Positions 39,968-54,689 of a DNA stretch of 64,000 bases are shown in pieces (within the stretch, counting starts at the first letter, position 1; the number at the start of each line of letters is the position of its first letter). Made by a program: the position numbers and the translations under genes. The notes below the pieces were generated by a model, which worked only from the letters and a program-made list of their open reading frames with translations, ran no database searches and had not been told where the DNA came from. This DNA is from the human T2T-CHM13v2.0 reference genome, Homo sapiens, in the NCBI RefSeq assembly GCF_009914755.1, contig NC_060931.1; one strand, 5' to 3'.

Positions 39968-40361
39968 TATATATTTTTATATATAATAACTTATATATAA
40001 AAATACATATGTATAGCAGCCCAGAGCTGTCTGCCTTCTCAGAATTTCTGCTACAAATTTTAGATATTTCTGCAGTACGTTTTAAATACCCATCATCAAC
40101 CGATGTTGTTAGACAACTAAGTTATATAAATTGCCCAAAGAACTCCAGCTCTAAAGCCTCCCAAGTTCTATAAGACAATGCTTGATATGATCTTATGGCT
40201 CAGTGTTTCCCAGAGATGGTGTGTGGTGACTGATGGGTAGGCAATGAGGATTCTTTTCATGGCCTAAGACAAATATCTTTCCTTAGTCTCTTACAGGAGA
40301 ATGAAGTGCGTGTTCATAAATTTTCATTTGTATATGTAACTAAGAACCAGTTTGTAAATCC

Positions 40362-42910
40362 TACTGTCTTAACCAGGTTCCCCAGAAAGCAGAGACAGAG
40401 GCAAAACTTATATGCTACTACCTTACTACAGCATGCAATCCAGCAAAGCAGGACACCTATGGCAAGAAAATTAGTGAAGCCATCTTAAGCTCCTGAATCT
40501 GTTGCTGGTTCCATAATAACCAGGGCCATAATCAATATTCACCACCTTGTCTTCCTCCTTCAGTGCAGTCTAGATTCCCTCATACTTGGCTAGCACTTTG
40601 GCTGATCTGGTTTTCTTGTGTAGTGAGTGACCCAGGCCTTTATCTCTGAGGGTTCTAAGCTCTTACATTGCCTGGATCTTGTGATCCATGGTTGCCACAA
40701 TTGCCCATTTACCATGATCACTGGACACAACACCAAGAAATGTTCCATTAAATCCTCTGTTTCCCAACATACTCCTCCCTGCCCCTATGTCTCAGTAGCA
40801 CTCTGAGATCCTCATGGTAATCAGGGTTGATTAGCCTCATCAATATAGACACTCCTTTCTTTGCCCAAAGTAACCAAGTGGCAGTTGCAGTTTCAAGTTC
40901 AGCTAAATCTTACTGTGTTGTCTGATAAAAGGAATTTCCCTGGGAACCAGGGCTTCTAATCTATCAGAGCCTAAGAGTATGGGTTCAGAAAGCATAAGTT
41001 CTACAAGTGTCTGGCTGGAAACGATAGTGAGAGGAAGTCAATCCTACTTGCACTCCTTGGTCCCTGCCTCTGCGTATTCCAACTGTTAAGGGCTCACACC
41101 ATATACCAACCATTGGTTTGGCACATATGTCACAAGTTGGAGGGCAGTGCTATAACCCTTAGCATGTTGTCCATGGTTAGCCCCTTAGCTGAGCTTTTAA
41201 TAGGCTATTCTGCCATTCTGTTAGGCCAGCTGCTTTTAGATGATGGGGTACATGGTAATACTAGTGAATCCCCTTGCCATGTACCCATTATTGCAACTCC
41301 TTTGCCATAAGATGGTGGAACATAATGTTGTAGTGTTATTCTGTATTTGTTGCCACAGGGTTGCTCTAACAAAGTACCACAAATTAGGTGACTTAAAACA
41401 GCAGAAATTTATTGTCTCACAGCTATGGAGTCTAAAAGTCTGAAATGAAACTCTTGGTAGGACCATGGATCCCTCTGAAACCTGGAGTGGTTTCCTTCCT
41501 TGCCTTTTCCTAGCTTCTGGTGTTTGTGGGCCATATTTGGCATTCCTTGGCTTATAGCTGCCCCACTCTAATCTCTGTCTTTATTATCACGTGGTTTTCT
41601 CCTTGTGTGTCTCTGTCTCTTTGTCTCTTCTCCTCTTCTTATAAGGACACCAGTCATATTGGATTAGGGGCCTGCCCTACTCCTGTATGACTTTAATTAC
41701 ATCTGCAATGACTCAATTTCCAATTGAGGTAACAGTCCAAGGTGCCAGGAGTTAGGTTTTCAACACTTGTTCTGGAAGGACACAATTCAACCTATGACCA
41801 ATACCATGCCACTAACTCAGGCAACCTTAAAATAAGATCCTGGGATTTATTTTCAGTATATTCTGTCTTGCAGTTACAAAAAATAAGAGTATTGTAAAGC
41901 TACAGAGAGGACCTCTATCTTCACAACATGTCTTTAGTTGGCTATGCTGAGGTTATAAGTGTTTTTGAGAGGCTCCCAATGCTCTTAAAAAAAGCTAACC
42001 TACTCCACAATTCTTGTCATGATTATTCCTCCCACAATGGTTAAGCCACAGTCTTCTTATATCCCAGTAGTTCACCTTCGACCTGTACCTCATCCCAATT
42101 AACCACAGGTGAGTATCAGTCACTGGGATGCCACAGCATGCCAAGGGTTATCCCCATTCCTCTCACCACCAGAAATGAGGTCCCTATTGCTTTCAGATAG
42201 CAATAATTCACCTCCAAAATCTCATCCTGAGGCTCTGTTTTCTAGGCCACTTATGTCATCATGAGTGTATCTTATAAGTAGAATGTCCATGCGTATAACT
42301 ATGTATCCTAGCCTAGATTCTCCAGAAAGCAGAAACTCGGTTAAAACCTTGTCTGCTATTCCTTTATTAGAGAGTAAATCCCAGGGAAATAGTAGTGAAA
42401 AGGAAGATAAAGAAGCAGGGAAGATGGGAAAGCCAATATGAGGGCATGTTACCAATCTGGCCACCATTTGGCAACAGGTGCAACTGATTACTCAATTTCA
42501 TAAGACCATCTTCGGAGAATCTATATGAATGATTGTAACTCAAGACAGTAATGCCAGTCTTTTGGGGTGGGAGGCGTCGAATATTTTCTTTACTGATTTC
42601 CATCTCCCACTAGTCAAAGACTCACCCAAGAGGGTGCTAGCTCCTCCTCATTTCTAGGTTGCACATATATGGGCATCAAACAGATCCCACAGTGTCTCCT
42701 TCCTCACCATCAACAAGGATGTCCAAGGGTAGAAAGCAAGTACTGCATGGGGCAGGCATAAGGAGAGGTGCTGTCAAGTTTAGCTCTCTTAAAATCAATT
42801 GAAGCCTTCACCGGTATGGTCACTGTAGGGGTGGCTGGAGTGAAACAAGTGACCAAAGACTCTTAGAAGCAAGGAACATTGAAAGAATCAAAATGGCACA
42901 AAAGTTGTGG
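40362..42910 (-). mobile_element. degraded ERVL provirus (LTR16-type LTRs plus internal fragments)
   Basis: LTR16-like ends at ~40362 and ~42300 (..TCCCCAGAAAGCAGA.. / ..TCTCCAGAAAGCAGA..); minus strand near 40790-40840 reads LINPDYHEDLRVLL, resembling the ERV-L dUTPase motif. Confidence 0.65.
41342..41800 (-). mobile_element. MLT1C-like LTR nested in the ERVL
   Basis: TAACAAAGTACCACAAATTAGGTGACTTAAAACAGCAGAAATTTATTGTCTCACAG...GGACACAATTCAACCTATGAC. Confidence 0.85.
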
Positions 42911-44127
42911 GTGCTTCTAGCAAATAAGTGAGTGATAACTAATTTTTAAAATGTTTCATTCTTAATCCAAAGGTAACATCTTCACTGAGTTATTCTTTCC
43001 TTGAAAAGTGGGAATGAGAAGAGTAAATGATACAGTGTGCCTTTTGCCTAAGGAGTTGGGAGGTCAAAAACACTGTATACTCTTGCCTCAAATGACCTCT
43101 ATGCTGCTTATTTACTTATTAACTTAGTTTTATCTTGACTTTTTAAAAAAAATTTAAAATAAATTGTAACAAAAGGCAGACCAATATGATAGACATATAA
43201 AATGACTCAAGCAAGTGCAGGAAAATAGAAATATGCTAATGGTATCTTTAACATAATTTCAATGAGAGAGCTGTAAATTTGGCTTCCAGTTACACAGTTC
43301 AGAAATCATGATAAGTAATATAGCTCTTATTATCAGAAAGGAGGAAGCAGGCTTTAGGAGAAGTGAAGTTTTTTCTAGCACTGGAATCTAAAATAGCTTT
43401 CTGATATGGAGGTTTATAGAGAAGAAATTGTGTGATGTAATGGAAAACGTCCTCAACAACATTTTTACAACAAATGTACAAGTTGATTTCATTTAACAAC
43501 GAGGTGGGAAAATTTATTAATTCAACAGCTGATGCTAGAATTCCTTCTAGGGAGAAAACAACTTTTGCTGGTAATAACACTTAGGGTATAAGTGGAACCC
43601 TCTAGGTCTGGTATGAAAGCTTGTAAGGAACAGGAAAACAGTTCTGCCTAACAGAGGAAAAGGAATCTGGAGGGCCACAGGGCAATTTGGAAGAGTGAGT
43701 GAAGAGGTTGGATGAGAAGGGAGATGAGGGGAGCAGAAGCCACTGAGAAGGCAGAAGGCTCTGTGTAGTGATCCCTCATCCCCTACCACAACCCTCCGTC
43801 TTCAATAAAGTTTTTGCTAAACTTGGCATTGTTCTGGGTATTTCAATGTGGGTATTGAAAGCAAATAAGTGCCAATCAGATGGCAGCAAAGTGAGATGGT
43901 GACAGATGTGAGGAATGCAGAAACAAAGAAGAGAAAGGCAGGTAATTGTCAGCCATCTGGGATTCGTGAGAACTGGAGAGAAAAAAGCACTACTGATTAA
44001 GGGCAGGTCCACAGACTTTCACTACCAGATGAACAATGGTTGAGTCTGACATATCTTATAAGGGCCAAGAAACATGACAGCATCAGCATGACACACCATC
44101 CCTCCTCTGAAGGTGGATGAGATACTC

Positions 44128-44635
44128 ATTGTGAAAGAGGCAGCCAATTATTACCTAGCATCATTTTCCCCTTCTCGTTTAGTGATAGAACCTTCCCATT
44201 TTTAGCTCGGCACATGGGGTCCCAACTAGAGACATTTCCTAATAAAGGCATTTCCTAATAGGTGATTATGGCCTGTTAACAAGTGGTCAATGAGATGTAG
44301 GCAAAAAGAATGTAGACAAGTTCTGGATCACGTTCTTATGGGAAGCTACTTGATCATTGCTTATTTCTCTATTCCCAAACTCTAGAATGAGAACATGGTG
44401 CTGTGAGCCAGCTTTCACCGTGTGGATAAGGACATAATCAAGTCTAGGCAATGGCCTAGCAATGACATAGAAGGAATCTGGGTTTCCTGGTGAACTACAG
44501 CTGCCTAGCTACTGACTCATCCACTCACCTCAACTCACCCTGACCACGTCCCAACTCAGACTTTTACATGAGAGAAAAAGGAACTCTGTGTTATGTTTAA
44601 GCCACTGTTATGTGGTCTCCATTAAAGCAGCCAGA
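44128..44635 (+). mobile_element. old MLT1 (J/K/L-like) LTR
   Basis: CAGACTTTTACATGAGAGAAAAAGGAACTCTGTGTTATGTTTAAGCCACTG 3' motif. Confidence 0.65.
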
Positions 44636-45149
44636 TCCATATCATTTCCTCAGAATATATGTTTCATTTACTGACACAACTCTACCCCTTGGGTGCAGCT
44701 GTTAAAACCATGTAGTATAAAATATTTTCAAAACTTAGTCAAAATCATACTTCGTGGGTTATAACAATGGTCCATCACTGATACACTGCAAGCACTTCAT
44801 TGGTAAACTACTCTATTTTTATATATTTTTGGTATAACCATGTGTAGTACTGTCTGTTAGATAAAATGTTGAGCTAAATGGACCACGTTGCCCATTATAG
44901 AGCAGGACTCAATATGCTACAGGTAGAGGTAAGAAACATGTTGTAACATCCTGCTGGCACAAAGAGCCCACACTTACTGAACATGCCAAAACGTTGCCTC
45001 ATGAATATAGAAGAGAGGGCAGTCAGAGAAGTACCAGCTCTATTCTTATAGAAACATAGTGAACAGAGGAGAATCTGCAGATGCTCTTACAACTACTATA
45101 ATATATATTTAATCTCTGGTCATGATTATAATTATTGCTTTTTTAGAAC

Positions 45150-45660
45150 AGTAATTCAGTTAAAAACTTAATTTGACTTTATGCAACAGAAACCAAATTC
45201 CTGTAGTTTAACCACATACAGGATTATCATGTTTCAAGAAATCTAGAATAGACAGTATAAGACTGCTATGACAATTCCACAAGACCATCAAGAACCCAGC
45301 CTTCTACCTTTCCTCATATTGATTCTGGACATGTTGCTTTCTTCCTTGTGATCACTTGTTAATCACAAGACTGCTGCACCATAGACACCACATTAGAAAT
45401 CCAGACAAGACGACAGAGGAAGAATGAAGAACAACAACACACCTGAGTTTGTCCTCTTAAAGTGTTTTCCTAGAATCTGTACCTAATGATTTCTGTTTAC
45501 AAGATGAATTGCCCAAAACTGTGTCCTATGGCAATCCTTAGATGCAAAGGAATGCAGGGACGTGAGAATTTTTTCCTATGCACATTGCTGATATAAATAA
45601 CTTCAAAGCTCTCCCAGTAAGAAAGAAGGAGAGAGTGAATACTGGATAGGCAACCAGTGT
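45150..45660 (-). mobile_element. old MLT1-type LTR
   Basis: GCAACAGAAACCAAATTC..., AAAACTGTGTCCTATGGCAATCCTTAGATGCAAAGGAATGCAGGGA. Confidence 0.55.
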
Positions 45661-45899
45661 CTGATATATACTGTCAAAAAAAAAATTGCTACTAAACTGG
45701 ATGCCATGAGTCCAAAAAGGTGAGAACCGCAGGAATAGAAGTTTTCAAATATTTCTAAAACAATCATCAAACCATTCTATTACTTCTTTTGGGGGGTGTT
45801 CTATCACTTAATCGTAAGAAGAGTGACTGCTACTGCTCATTTTTCTAACTACTTTTCTTTCTGTTATTATGTCTTCAATATTAGTTGGAAAATGTGTAA

Positions 45900-46402
45900 T
45901 ACTGAAGTGGATTAAAGATAGACACAAATTTTTGACACTGTTCTCATCAAAAGGTGAGTTTTATGTCCTCTTTTCTTGGATCTAGGTGAGGTCTGCCACT
46001 GCTTGACCAACAGAACATGGCAGAAATGGTGTTGTGCCAGTTTTCAGGCCCAGGTCTTAAAAGACTGGCAGCTTCCTGTTTCTGTCTTTTCAAATATATA
46101 TTCTTGGAAATTAGCTGCCATGTTGGGAAGAAGCTCCAGTGCATTGTGGGAAATAAACAAAAGCCACTAGTTTATATCCCAGCTCAGAGCTAGCACCAAC
46201 TCACAGCCACTGTAGTGAGCCATTTTAGAAGTAGATCCTCCAGCCTCGTTGAGCTGAACTAGCTGATGTCTTTTGGAGCAGAAATGAGCTGCCCCCTCTT
46301 AAAACTGCCCAAATTTCAGATTTGTGAGGAAATAAATAATTATTATGGTTTCAAGCCATTAAGTTTTGAGAGGGTTTGATACACAGCAATAGATAACCAA
46401 AG
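45900..46402 (+). mobile_element. MLT1H/G-like LTR
   Basis: ATTAAAGATAGACACAAATTTTTGACACT start; CAAGCCATTAAGTTTTG..ACACAGCAATAGATAACC end. Confidence 0.75.
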
Positions 46403-47229
46403 TAATTACTTTCAGTAGAAGAAATTAATAATGCCTTAATGCTTTATAAATAGATTAATTTCTAGTGGTCACAAATTGTGAAGAATTTAAGTATCATCAC
46501 GAACATGCAACTTTTCTTTATTTGGTGCAATAAGCCAGCAATGTATTTATTATTCATGTTTGACTTTGTAGTTTGTCTAGCTGCATGCATAGAACCATTG
46601 ATGTAAATCCTTGACCAAAAAATTGTAAAAGGTATATTCTCCACTTACATAAAACCAAAAAATATTTAATAAGCAAATGAAAACTATACCTGAAGAGCAT
46701 CTGTTACAGTAGTATCACCTTCCTGAGCTCTGAATAAATTCTGAACACATAAGGAATTTAGAATAGTGGTCACCTTTAAAAACAAAAACAAACATGTACT
46801 GTTAGCTCTGTTGGGTCTTATCATTTAAAGAAATCAGTTACTGCCACTAAGACATTCAGCTGATAAGGACAGGAATGAGTTAGAGTAGGGCAGAGTACAA
46901 TGGTCGGTCAGGATGCTTTATCTGTCTAATATATTAAAATTTTATAATTTTAGTCAAAATATTTTTCTGCATTTTTACTATTTTTATAAAGTTTTAGGGC
47001 TTTCAGAGGACAAAGTCATTTCAAACTAGAGCTCTCTAGACTGTTTGAAATGCAACTAAAGAAATTTTTCTTTATCCATTTCTGCCTGAGGAGTTACACC
47101 CCTAAATCAAAACTTTTTAATGTACCCAGCACATAAATAAAATTTATGGTTGATTTTCAATTAGACTTGGTCCATGAGTGAGCAATTTGATATTAAATCT
47201 GAAAACTGAATTGCTTCTTTTTTTCCTGT

Positions 47230-47690
47230 TGATAGGCATAAGTTAGGATAGAGTCAGTGGTATATAACCAAGATTCAAAATAATAGTGTCTTAAACACTT
47301 TCACAGGTAAGCAATACAGGGCTGGTATGGCAGCTCTGTTCTGTGAGTTGTTCGGGAACTCAACTCCTTTTGTCTGGTTGCTCCTCCATCCTCAGGTTGT
47401 TTTTCCTACCAATATATTTAAGGTGGCTTGTCACCACATCTACCTTCAAAGCAGTAGGATGAAAGAAGGGCATAGCCTCCCTTTAAGGATGAGGCCTAGA
47501 AGTTTCGCAAACCAATTCTGCTTGAATCCTATTGATCAGAACTCAGTTACCACAGACCACACTCAACTGCAAGGAAGGTGGACAATGTAGACTTTTTCAG
47601 AATGGCCATGTGCCCAGCAAAAAATTAGACATTCTATTGCTATAAGACAGAAATGGACATTAGATGCTAGAGAACAACTAGAGTGTCCAC
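47230..47690 (-). mobile_element. old MLT1 (K/L-like) LTR
   Basis: ATCCTATTGATCAGAACTCAG..ACTCAACTGCAAGGAAGG..TGTAGACTTT..GGCCATGTGCCCAGC. Confidence 0.6.
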
Positions 47691-49689
47691 TGCAAGATGA
47701 ACTCACTTGGGAGCAACAGTGAATCTTCCAACTAATATTTTACTTTTACGAGACCCTTGATTTGAACGTTCTGCCTGAATAAGCACTAGACAAATCCTTT
47801 ACGTAAACCTCTCTGATCAAAATTTCCTAAAGGCTTCTGCACTATGAAAAGAGATAACACCTTTAAGTCATCATTAGGTACTAGCCATAAAACACTGTAA
47901 TAAATTAAAGAAACCAGAAGTCATTGATTCAGAAATGGCAAATAGATAGTCAGGGCAATTTTATCTTTTGCAAGCAACAATTTCTAGAGTGCTCTACATG
48001 TTTGCTTTTTACTCAACTTTAACTCATGTAACATCTTTCAGCAGAAAATCTCAAGAAGCTTTTATAAACGTTAATTAACTGAACTTCACAATACTCTCAA
48101 GAACTGAGTATTAATACATCCATTTACATGGCAGGAAGCCAGATGAACATTACGGTGGAGCAATATGGAGCTTCCTTGGTTTCAGCTATATAAAAACATC
48201 AAACAGGCAGTACCAGAAATTCAATGTTAATCTGAAAACTGAGTATTTAGCTGCTTTTAGACTGCTAAATTATTATTATCCTATGTTCAATACAAGGAAA
48301 GCCATTTTACTAAAACAAAAAGAAAGCCTTATTTTGAAATGCTACTTCAACTTACAAATGACTGATGTGTCATCTAGCTATAAATCTAAAGATAATAATA
48401 AAATTGGAAAGATTTTCATCAGATAGACTTTTAACACCAAGCTTGATGCAGTTTGTTTCAAGATTAAATATGAAAAAAGCAGCTGCTTAAAAAAAGTTAT
48501 TCAATCCACGTGTCAGGAAAGGAAAGCACATATCAGATTTCTTTGAAGAAAATAATGAAATTATATATTAATGTATATTGTGTGTATTTTCTGAACCTAA
48601 CTTGGAGTTATTGTGATGAATAAATAATAAAGATGATGGTAAGATACACAATTGATGTGAATGAACTATTCAAACAGCTAACTTTTTTATATAATATGAA
48701 ACATATCAACAATATCTAAAATCCCAAGGTTTTTTACATTGCTGTTATTAATTGGAGAAATTCATTATATGCATTTCATATGTTCAAAGGAATTTTCCAA
48801 ATAAACCAGGAGATATAACCGTGGCCTCTTATAGAGGCAGATAAACTCAATTTAGCTGCTAACATTACATTTATTCTGGTAATCTGATCTTTGTCTAAAA
48901 AAGACTGAGGTCTAAGCCTTGGTTTAATGGAAGCTAAAAAATAGAAATAAAGGCAAGAGTGTTATTTTCATAGGAATGGACAAGTGTCCAGTGTAAGGTT
49001 TACTGATGACAACCAGCATAAGGAGTAATGAAATATGAACCAATGACTTTTAGCTCAGACTTTCATCTGTAATCTTTCCAAAAATCTTCTTAAATAGACA
49101 TTTTATACCCCTTTAATAAGGGCAATTAATATAGGACAACATTCTAAAAACTCTTTTAAAACTTCTGGTTTTTTAAAATCACAAGAAACTTAAAATAAAT
49201 TTTTGGAAAATTTCTCCTAGGACATTTATCCCGGCAAGGCTCATAAAGAGAAAAACTGTGCCTTCCTTCCACCTGGCTCACCCTTTCTTGTGGACTGACA
49301 TGCTCAAAACATTAGAGAGGATTGTAAGCCAGCTAGCTAATCAAAGCCATTTCAAAGCTAATAGCCTAACCTTCTGGGTTATGTTGTTTGGTTGTAGAGG
49401 GTCCAGTGGGAGGACTTTTCCAAAGGAATATCAAATTTAACTTTAATGACTTACACAAAGAAAATAATTCTGGTCATCAAAATGTGATAAATGTGGCAAG
49501 TCTCTTTGCTAATAATACAGATGAAATAGAAAGGATGATAGTCATCTATGATAATGTGGAAAATAGCTTCATCCAGTATTGCAAGTATTTTAAAGAAAAA
49601 TGCATATATGCATTTTCCTATATACATTAGAAAGGTTTTGTTTGTTTTTTAATAAGACTACGGACCTTTGTCTACAGATTTATTATATG

Positions 49690-50200
49690 AAATTCATTTT
49701 AAAAACAGCTACTGTTTTTAGCTGTTTCATACCTCCTATAGTAGGAGGTATGAAAATGAGCAAGATGTGGTTCCTGCCCTCAAGAAGCTTGCAATGTAAA
49801 AAAAAGAAGGGGGGTGGTATATTTCCAAGAGAATAAAATAGGCATAGCTGAAAAAGAACAAATAGCATGTTATGAGTTTTAAAGAAGAAGATTGAGTTTC
49901 TTGGGAGAATCAGGAAAAGTTACATGAGTAAGGAAATATTTGGTATGGATCTTGATGTATGGGTATGATTTTGACAACTAAAGTCTGGTTACGTGGGAGT
50001 TGGGGGTAGTAGTGGAAGAATTCCAAGTAACAGAAAGAAAAGGCAGAGGACACATAAAAGTCTAAAACACACTGAGTAGCATAGGTAGAAAGCAGAGTGC
50101 CAAGTAATAGAAGATAAGAATGGAAAGATAATAAGTTAAGGTAAATGCTATTCTTTGTTTCAGCTTGCAACATATCCATCAGAGGTGTTGGACACAAACT
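49690..50200 (-). mobile_element. L2 fragment
   Basis: ATGAGCAAGATGTGGTTCCTGCCCTCAAGAAGCTTGCAATGTA. Confidence 0.6.
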
Positions 50201-50224
50201 CCTGAGAGTGGATTTTATTCTATT

Positions 50225-51650
50225 TCTTCTTTTAACTTTTATTTTAGGTTCAGGGGTACATGTGCAGGTTTGTTATATAGGTAAACTAGTGTCATGGAAT
50301 TTGGTGTACAGATTATTTCATCACCCAGGTAATAAGCCTAGTACTCAATAGGTATTTCTTGTGATCCAGTCCCTCCTCCTACCCTCCACCCTCAAGTAGG
50401 CCCCAGTGTCTGTTCTCCTCTTTCTGTCCATGTGTTCTTGCTATTTAGCTCCCACTTAGAAGTGAGAACATGCAGTATTTGGTTTTCTGTTCCTGTGTTA
50501 GTTTGTTAAAGATAATGGTCTCCACCTCCATCCATGTTGCTGCAAAGGACATGATCTCATTCTTTTTTATGGCTGCATAGTATTCCATGGTGTTATATAT
50601 ATCATATTTTCTTTATACTGTCTACCATTTATGGGCATGTAGTTTGATTGCATATTTTTGTAATTGTGAATAGTGCTGCAATGAACATATGCATGCATGT
50701 GTCTTTATGGTAAAATAATTTATTGTCCTTTGGGTTTATACCCAATAATGGGATTTCCAGGTCAAATGATAATTCTGTTTTAAGTTCTTTGAGGAATCAC
50801 CACACTGCTTTCCACAATGGCTGAACTTACACTTCTGCCAGCAGTGTATAAGTGTTCTCTTTTCTCTGCAACCTTGCCAGCATCTGTTATTTTTTTATTC
50901 TTTAGTAATAGCCATTCTGACTGGTCTGAGATGATATCTCATTGTGGTTTTGATTTCCATTTCTCTAATAATTAATGGTGCTGAAAGTTTTTCACACGTG
51001 GGCTGCATGTATGTCTTCTTTTGAAGAGTGTCTGTTCATGTCCTTTACCCACTTTTTAATGGAATTGTTGGGTTTTTTTCTTCTTTTGCTTGTAAATTTG
51101 TTTAATTCCTTATATATTCTGGACATTAGACCTCTGTCAAAAGTATAGTTTGCAAATATTTTATCTCATTTGATAGGTTGTCTATTTACTCTGTTGATAG
51201 TTTCTTTTGCTGTGCAGAAGCTTTTTAGTTAAATTAGATACCATTTGTCATGTTTTGTTTTTGTAGCAATTGCTTTTGGCATCTTTGCCATGAAATCTTT
51301 GCCGGTTCCTATGTCCAGAATGGTATTTCCCAGGTTATCTTCCTGGGTTTTTATAGTTTTAGGTTTTACATTTAAGTCTAATCCATCTTGAGTTAATTTT
51401 TGTATAAGGTTTAAGGAAGGGATTCAGTTTCAATCTTCTGCATATGGCTAGCCAGTTATCCCAGCACCATTTATTGAATAGGGACTCCTTTTCCCCATTA
51501 CTTGTTTTTGTCATCTTTGTCGAAGATCAGATGATTGTAGGTGTGTGGCATTATTTCTGGTCTCTCTATTCTGTCCTCTTTGTCTATGTGTCTGTTTTTG
51601 TACAAGTACCATGCCATTTTGATTATTATAGCCCTGTAGTATATTTGAAG
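50225..51650 (-). mobile_element. L1PA13-16-like, 5'-truncated (~1.4 kb; 3' UTR plus decayed ORF2 end)
   Basis: TTTTATTTTAGGTTCAGGGGTACATGTGCAGGTTTGTTA... through CCCAGCACCATTTATTGAATAGGGA; no intact ORF. Confidence 0.92.
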
Positions 51651-54600
51651 TTGAATGATTTTTAAGAAGTTGTTCCATAAACTCTTTATTGCTAAGAGTG
51701 CTCATTCAACTTTTGGTAAGCTATGCCATATAATTGTACATTAAAAGCTCCAAAAGTTGTATTAATTATTCACTTGAGATGACCACAGCTATATTAAAAC
51801 CTCACTTATTTTTGTCAAATGGGAACCACATTACCTGGGTAAAGCCTGTGATCTTTTTCTCTATGAGTATAATAAACATGGAAGAACTTTAGGATCTATA
51901 GATGAACATTAGAGGTATGAGTCTCTTCTAACCAACCCTTCTAGAGACGTTGAAGGAGCACCAGTATTTACTGATTTAAGTTTGACTTCCTCTGACCCAA
52001 GCCTTCTAATGGAAGTACTAATTAGTATTAAGATAACCCAATGCAAGATCAGCTTTTAAAGCCAAATATGGTATGAAATATTACATGTGCCAAATTATTC
52101 ATTTTACATGCAGGAAATAAAAGCCCACAGGTTAAGTAACTTGCCAGAAGTTACCTAGTAAGTTAACTAGCAAATTTTCAGAGCTAGAGCTAAAATAGGT
52201 AATTTTCAGAGCAAGAAAGAAAAATTATTGAATTTACCATGATGTTTTTTTCTACTTCTCTTATCAAAGATCATTTACTAAATAAAGACCTCCTGACTTA
52301 TTTAGAATAATTATGACAAATATATTTGAAACTGGTTCCCTCACTTATTTTCTTTGTCCATGCTGGCCTCTTTTATGATCCTCAAAGATGCCAGACATGG
52401 TCCTGTCTCAAGGCCTTTGCACTTGCTGTTCCCTGTACCTGGAATGACCATATGATTTCGCAGCCATTAAGTATAAACATTCCTCCAGAAAGATTATGCT
52501 GCCCTTCAAAAACCAAGCCCTTGCTACATGTTTTAGAGTACTGTGAAAATTAGGGATCCTTCTTAGGTCAGGCTTGTTTAGCTTCTTTTCATTATGAGAA
52601 AGTAATTGCAGAATCCCAAAGGGCAATCACAGGCTGATGTGAAGTCTTGTCTGCCTGGGCAGTCCAAGAGCCCTAGCAGGCATGGCTGACTTGGTCTCAG
52701 GGTGGCAAAAGGGATGGTCCCTCTCCTAGAGCCAAAGGCCCTGAGAATGATCAGCAAACCCTCCAAGGGGAGAGGTATACTTAAGTCCTGGGTGACATCC
52801 AGGCAACAACTCTCCTCCCTCAGACCCGTGAGATAGGTTTACCGGCATCCTCCAATCACATGCTTTACCTCATCTGCGACAGGTTTAATGGATGTATCCA
52901 ATCCCAATTTTCTTGCCTCATTTGAGAAACTAAATGGTGAATACCTTTAAATTGTCTAGTAGAAAACAGCTAGAGAGCATGTTATCTGGACAAAGAAACT
53001 TGTCACAAGAATTTTGCACATTTTGCATGACTTTGCTTTTGTGTAAGATATATAATATACCCTTTGGGAGGAGACACTGAGCTAAGTGTGACTTCCTTAA
53101 GAATAACAGACACTGTCACAGTTTGTTAATCCTATTTGTCTCCCAGGAGAAGGAGAAGATTATTAATTACCCAGCAAAGGTCAGGGGGTCATCAGGCCCA
53201 TAAAGGGGGTTTACCTCAGAAAACTAACCAGTGGGAGGCTGAGCAAATCTACAAGCCATGCACATGAAGGCTCTCCTCCCTGAGCACAGCCTCCAGGTCC
53301 TGATATGCCTGCAGAGTGTCTGCAGAGGACACAGTCCAATTTCTAGACTTGCTTATGAATTTCAAAAACTTTGTGTATACATAGATATCAAGGTTTACAG
53401 GCAAACTGATTGAAAGGGTGTAATTTCTGGTGCCCTGCCTAACCACGCAAATGCGGAGCTGGGTCAGCTTGCATCTGCAGCACGGCAGTCCCTTCCGAAT
53501 ACCCAATACTCCAAAGGAGATGGGAGACCTCCTACTTCACCCTGCCTTCAGTGACAGCGCTTCTCATTTTCTTTGCCTTCTGCTTTCTGATCCACGAAGT
53601 AGAAGTGAGAAAAAAAAAACTTCACAAATTAATATACTATTGGATTATGCTGCCACTTAAATGGCTAATTGTAATACACTGTGAGATAGGCTAAATTAGG
53701 AATATGAAGTGCCAGTGGGAAAACAGATGAGGCAACCTGTCAGCCTCCCCAGGGAGAGGACCAGTGGTGGAAGCTTTCCAGGGTTAGGCTTGGACCCTGA
53801 AGGAGGAATCAGGGTGTGCCATGCAAATATTTAAGAAGGAAGGCCATCTCCACGGAAGAGACTGACAAGGCCGATGCCTTTGCCTTTGCCTGCAAAGCTG
53901 CAACACTGCCTCTCTTCTTGGGCTAGGAAACACCCAGCTTCTCCTTCACTGGTTTTGGAAGGCAGGCAAAAAGCAAAACAAAAACAAGAAAGAACCACCA
54001 GAGCACACACCTTTCTAGGTCAAATCTCATTTCCTAATACCAACAACAAGTTTGACACCTTTTCATTACCAGCCTTGGACTTAAACTCCACCCTCTCTCC
54101 AGAGTGGGAGTGGACCCAGATGAGCAACCCAATCGCTTATTCTAGGGTCTGGGCAGTATCCCCTACTCAGTTCCATGTTTGATTTGGTTACGGAGGGATC
54201 GTCATTGAGCCAGTAGCATCAGGACCTCTGTTCCACAGCCGCTCTTTCTACAAGAGTCTATGCACTCCTCCCCTAGAAGGACACCATCTGCCAGCAGGAG
54301 GAAACCTCTTTTCCTGCCACTGTCTGCCCTGGTCCTCCTTCCCTATCTCTGAGGCATCTGCAATCTTTCATGCCTGGCTCTCTAGCCTAGATAGTTCTAG
54401 AACACTGGAATATATTAAAACATTCATACACACACACAACTTCTTTCAACAGCATAAGAACCTAATGTTGAATTTTCTTGAGGTTTTTTTTTTTTTTTAG
54501 CTCTCCTGATAATTGCTCATGTGTGGACATATTAAGATCATCATTCCGCACTAGTGATCACTATCCGAAAGTCAGGGAAAAAATCAGACTGTCAAAATCA

Positions 54601-54689
54601 AAACAATTTCAAGTAATGAAGGTTTTGGGTATAAAATATGTGTTTAAGGGATTTTGTTTAAAAATACACTTTGGCTGTCACTTTAAAAA

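Noticed and set aside
43871-43888. Second CTCF-like motif CAATCAGATGGCAGCA
   Set aside because: The 5' half departs from the CTCF consensus; too weak to call without ChIP data.
53821-53828. Perfect octamer ATGCAAAT
   Set aside because: It occurs several times across this AT-rich window with no adjacent SOX site, so it is uninformative.
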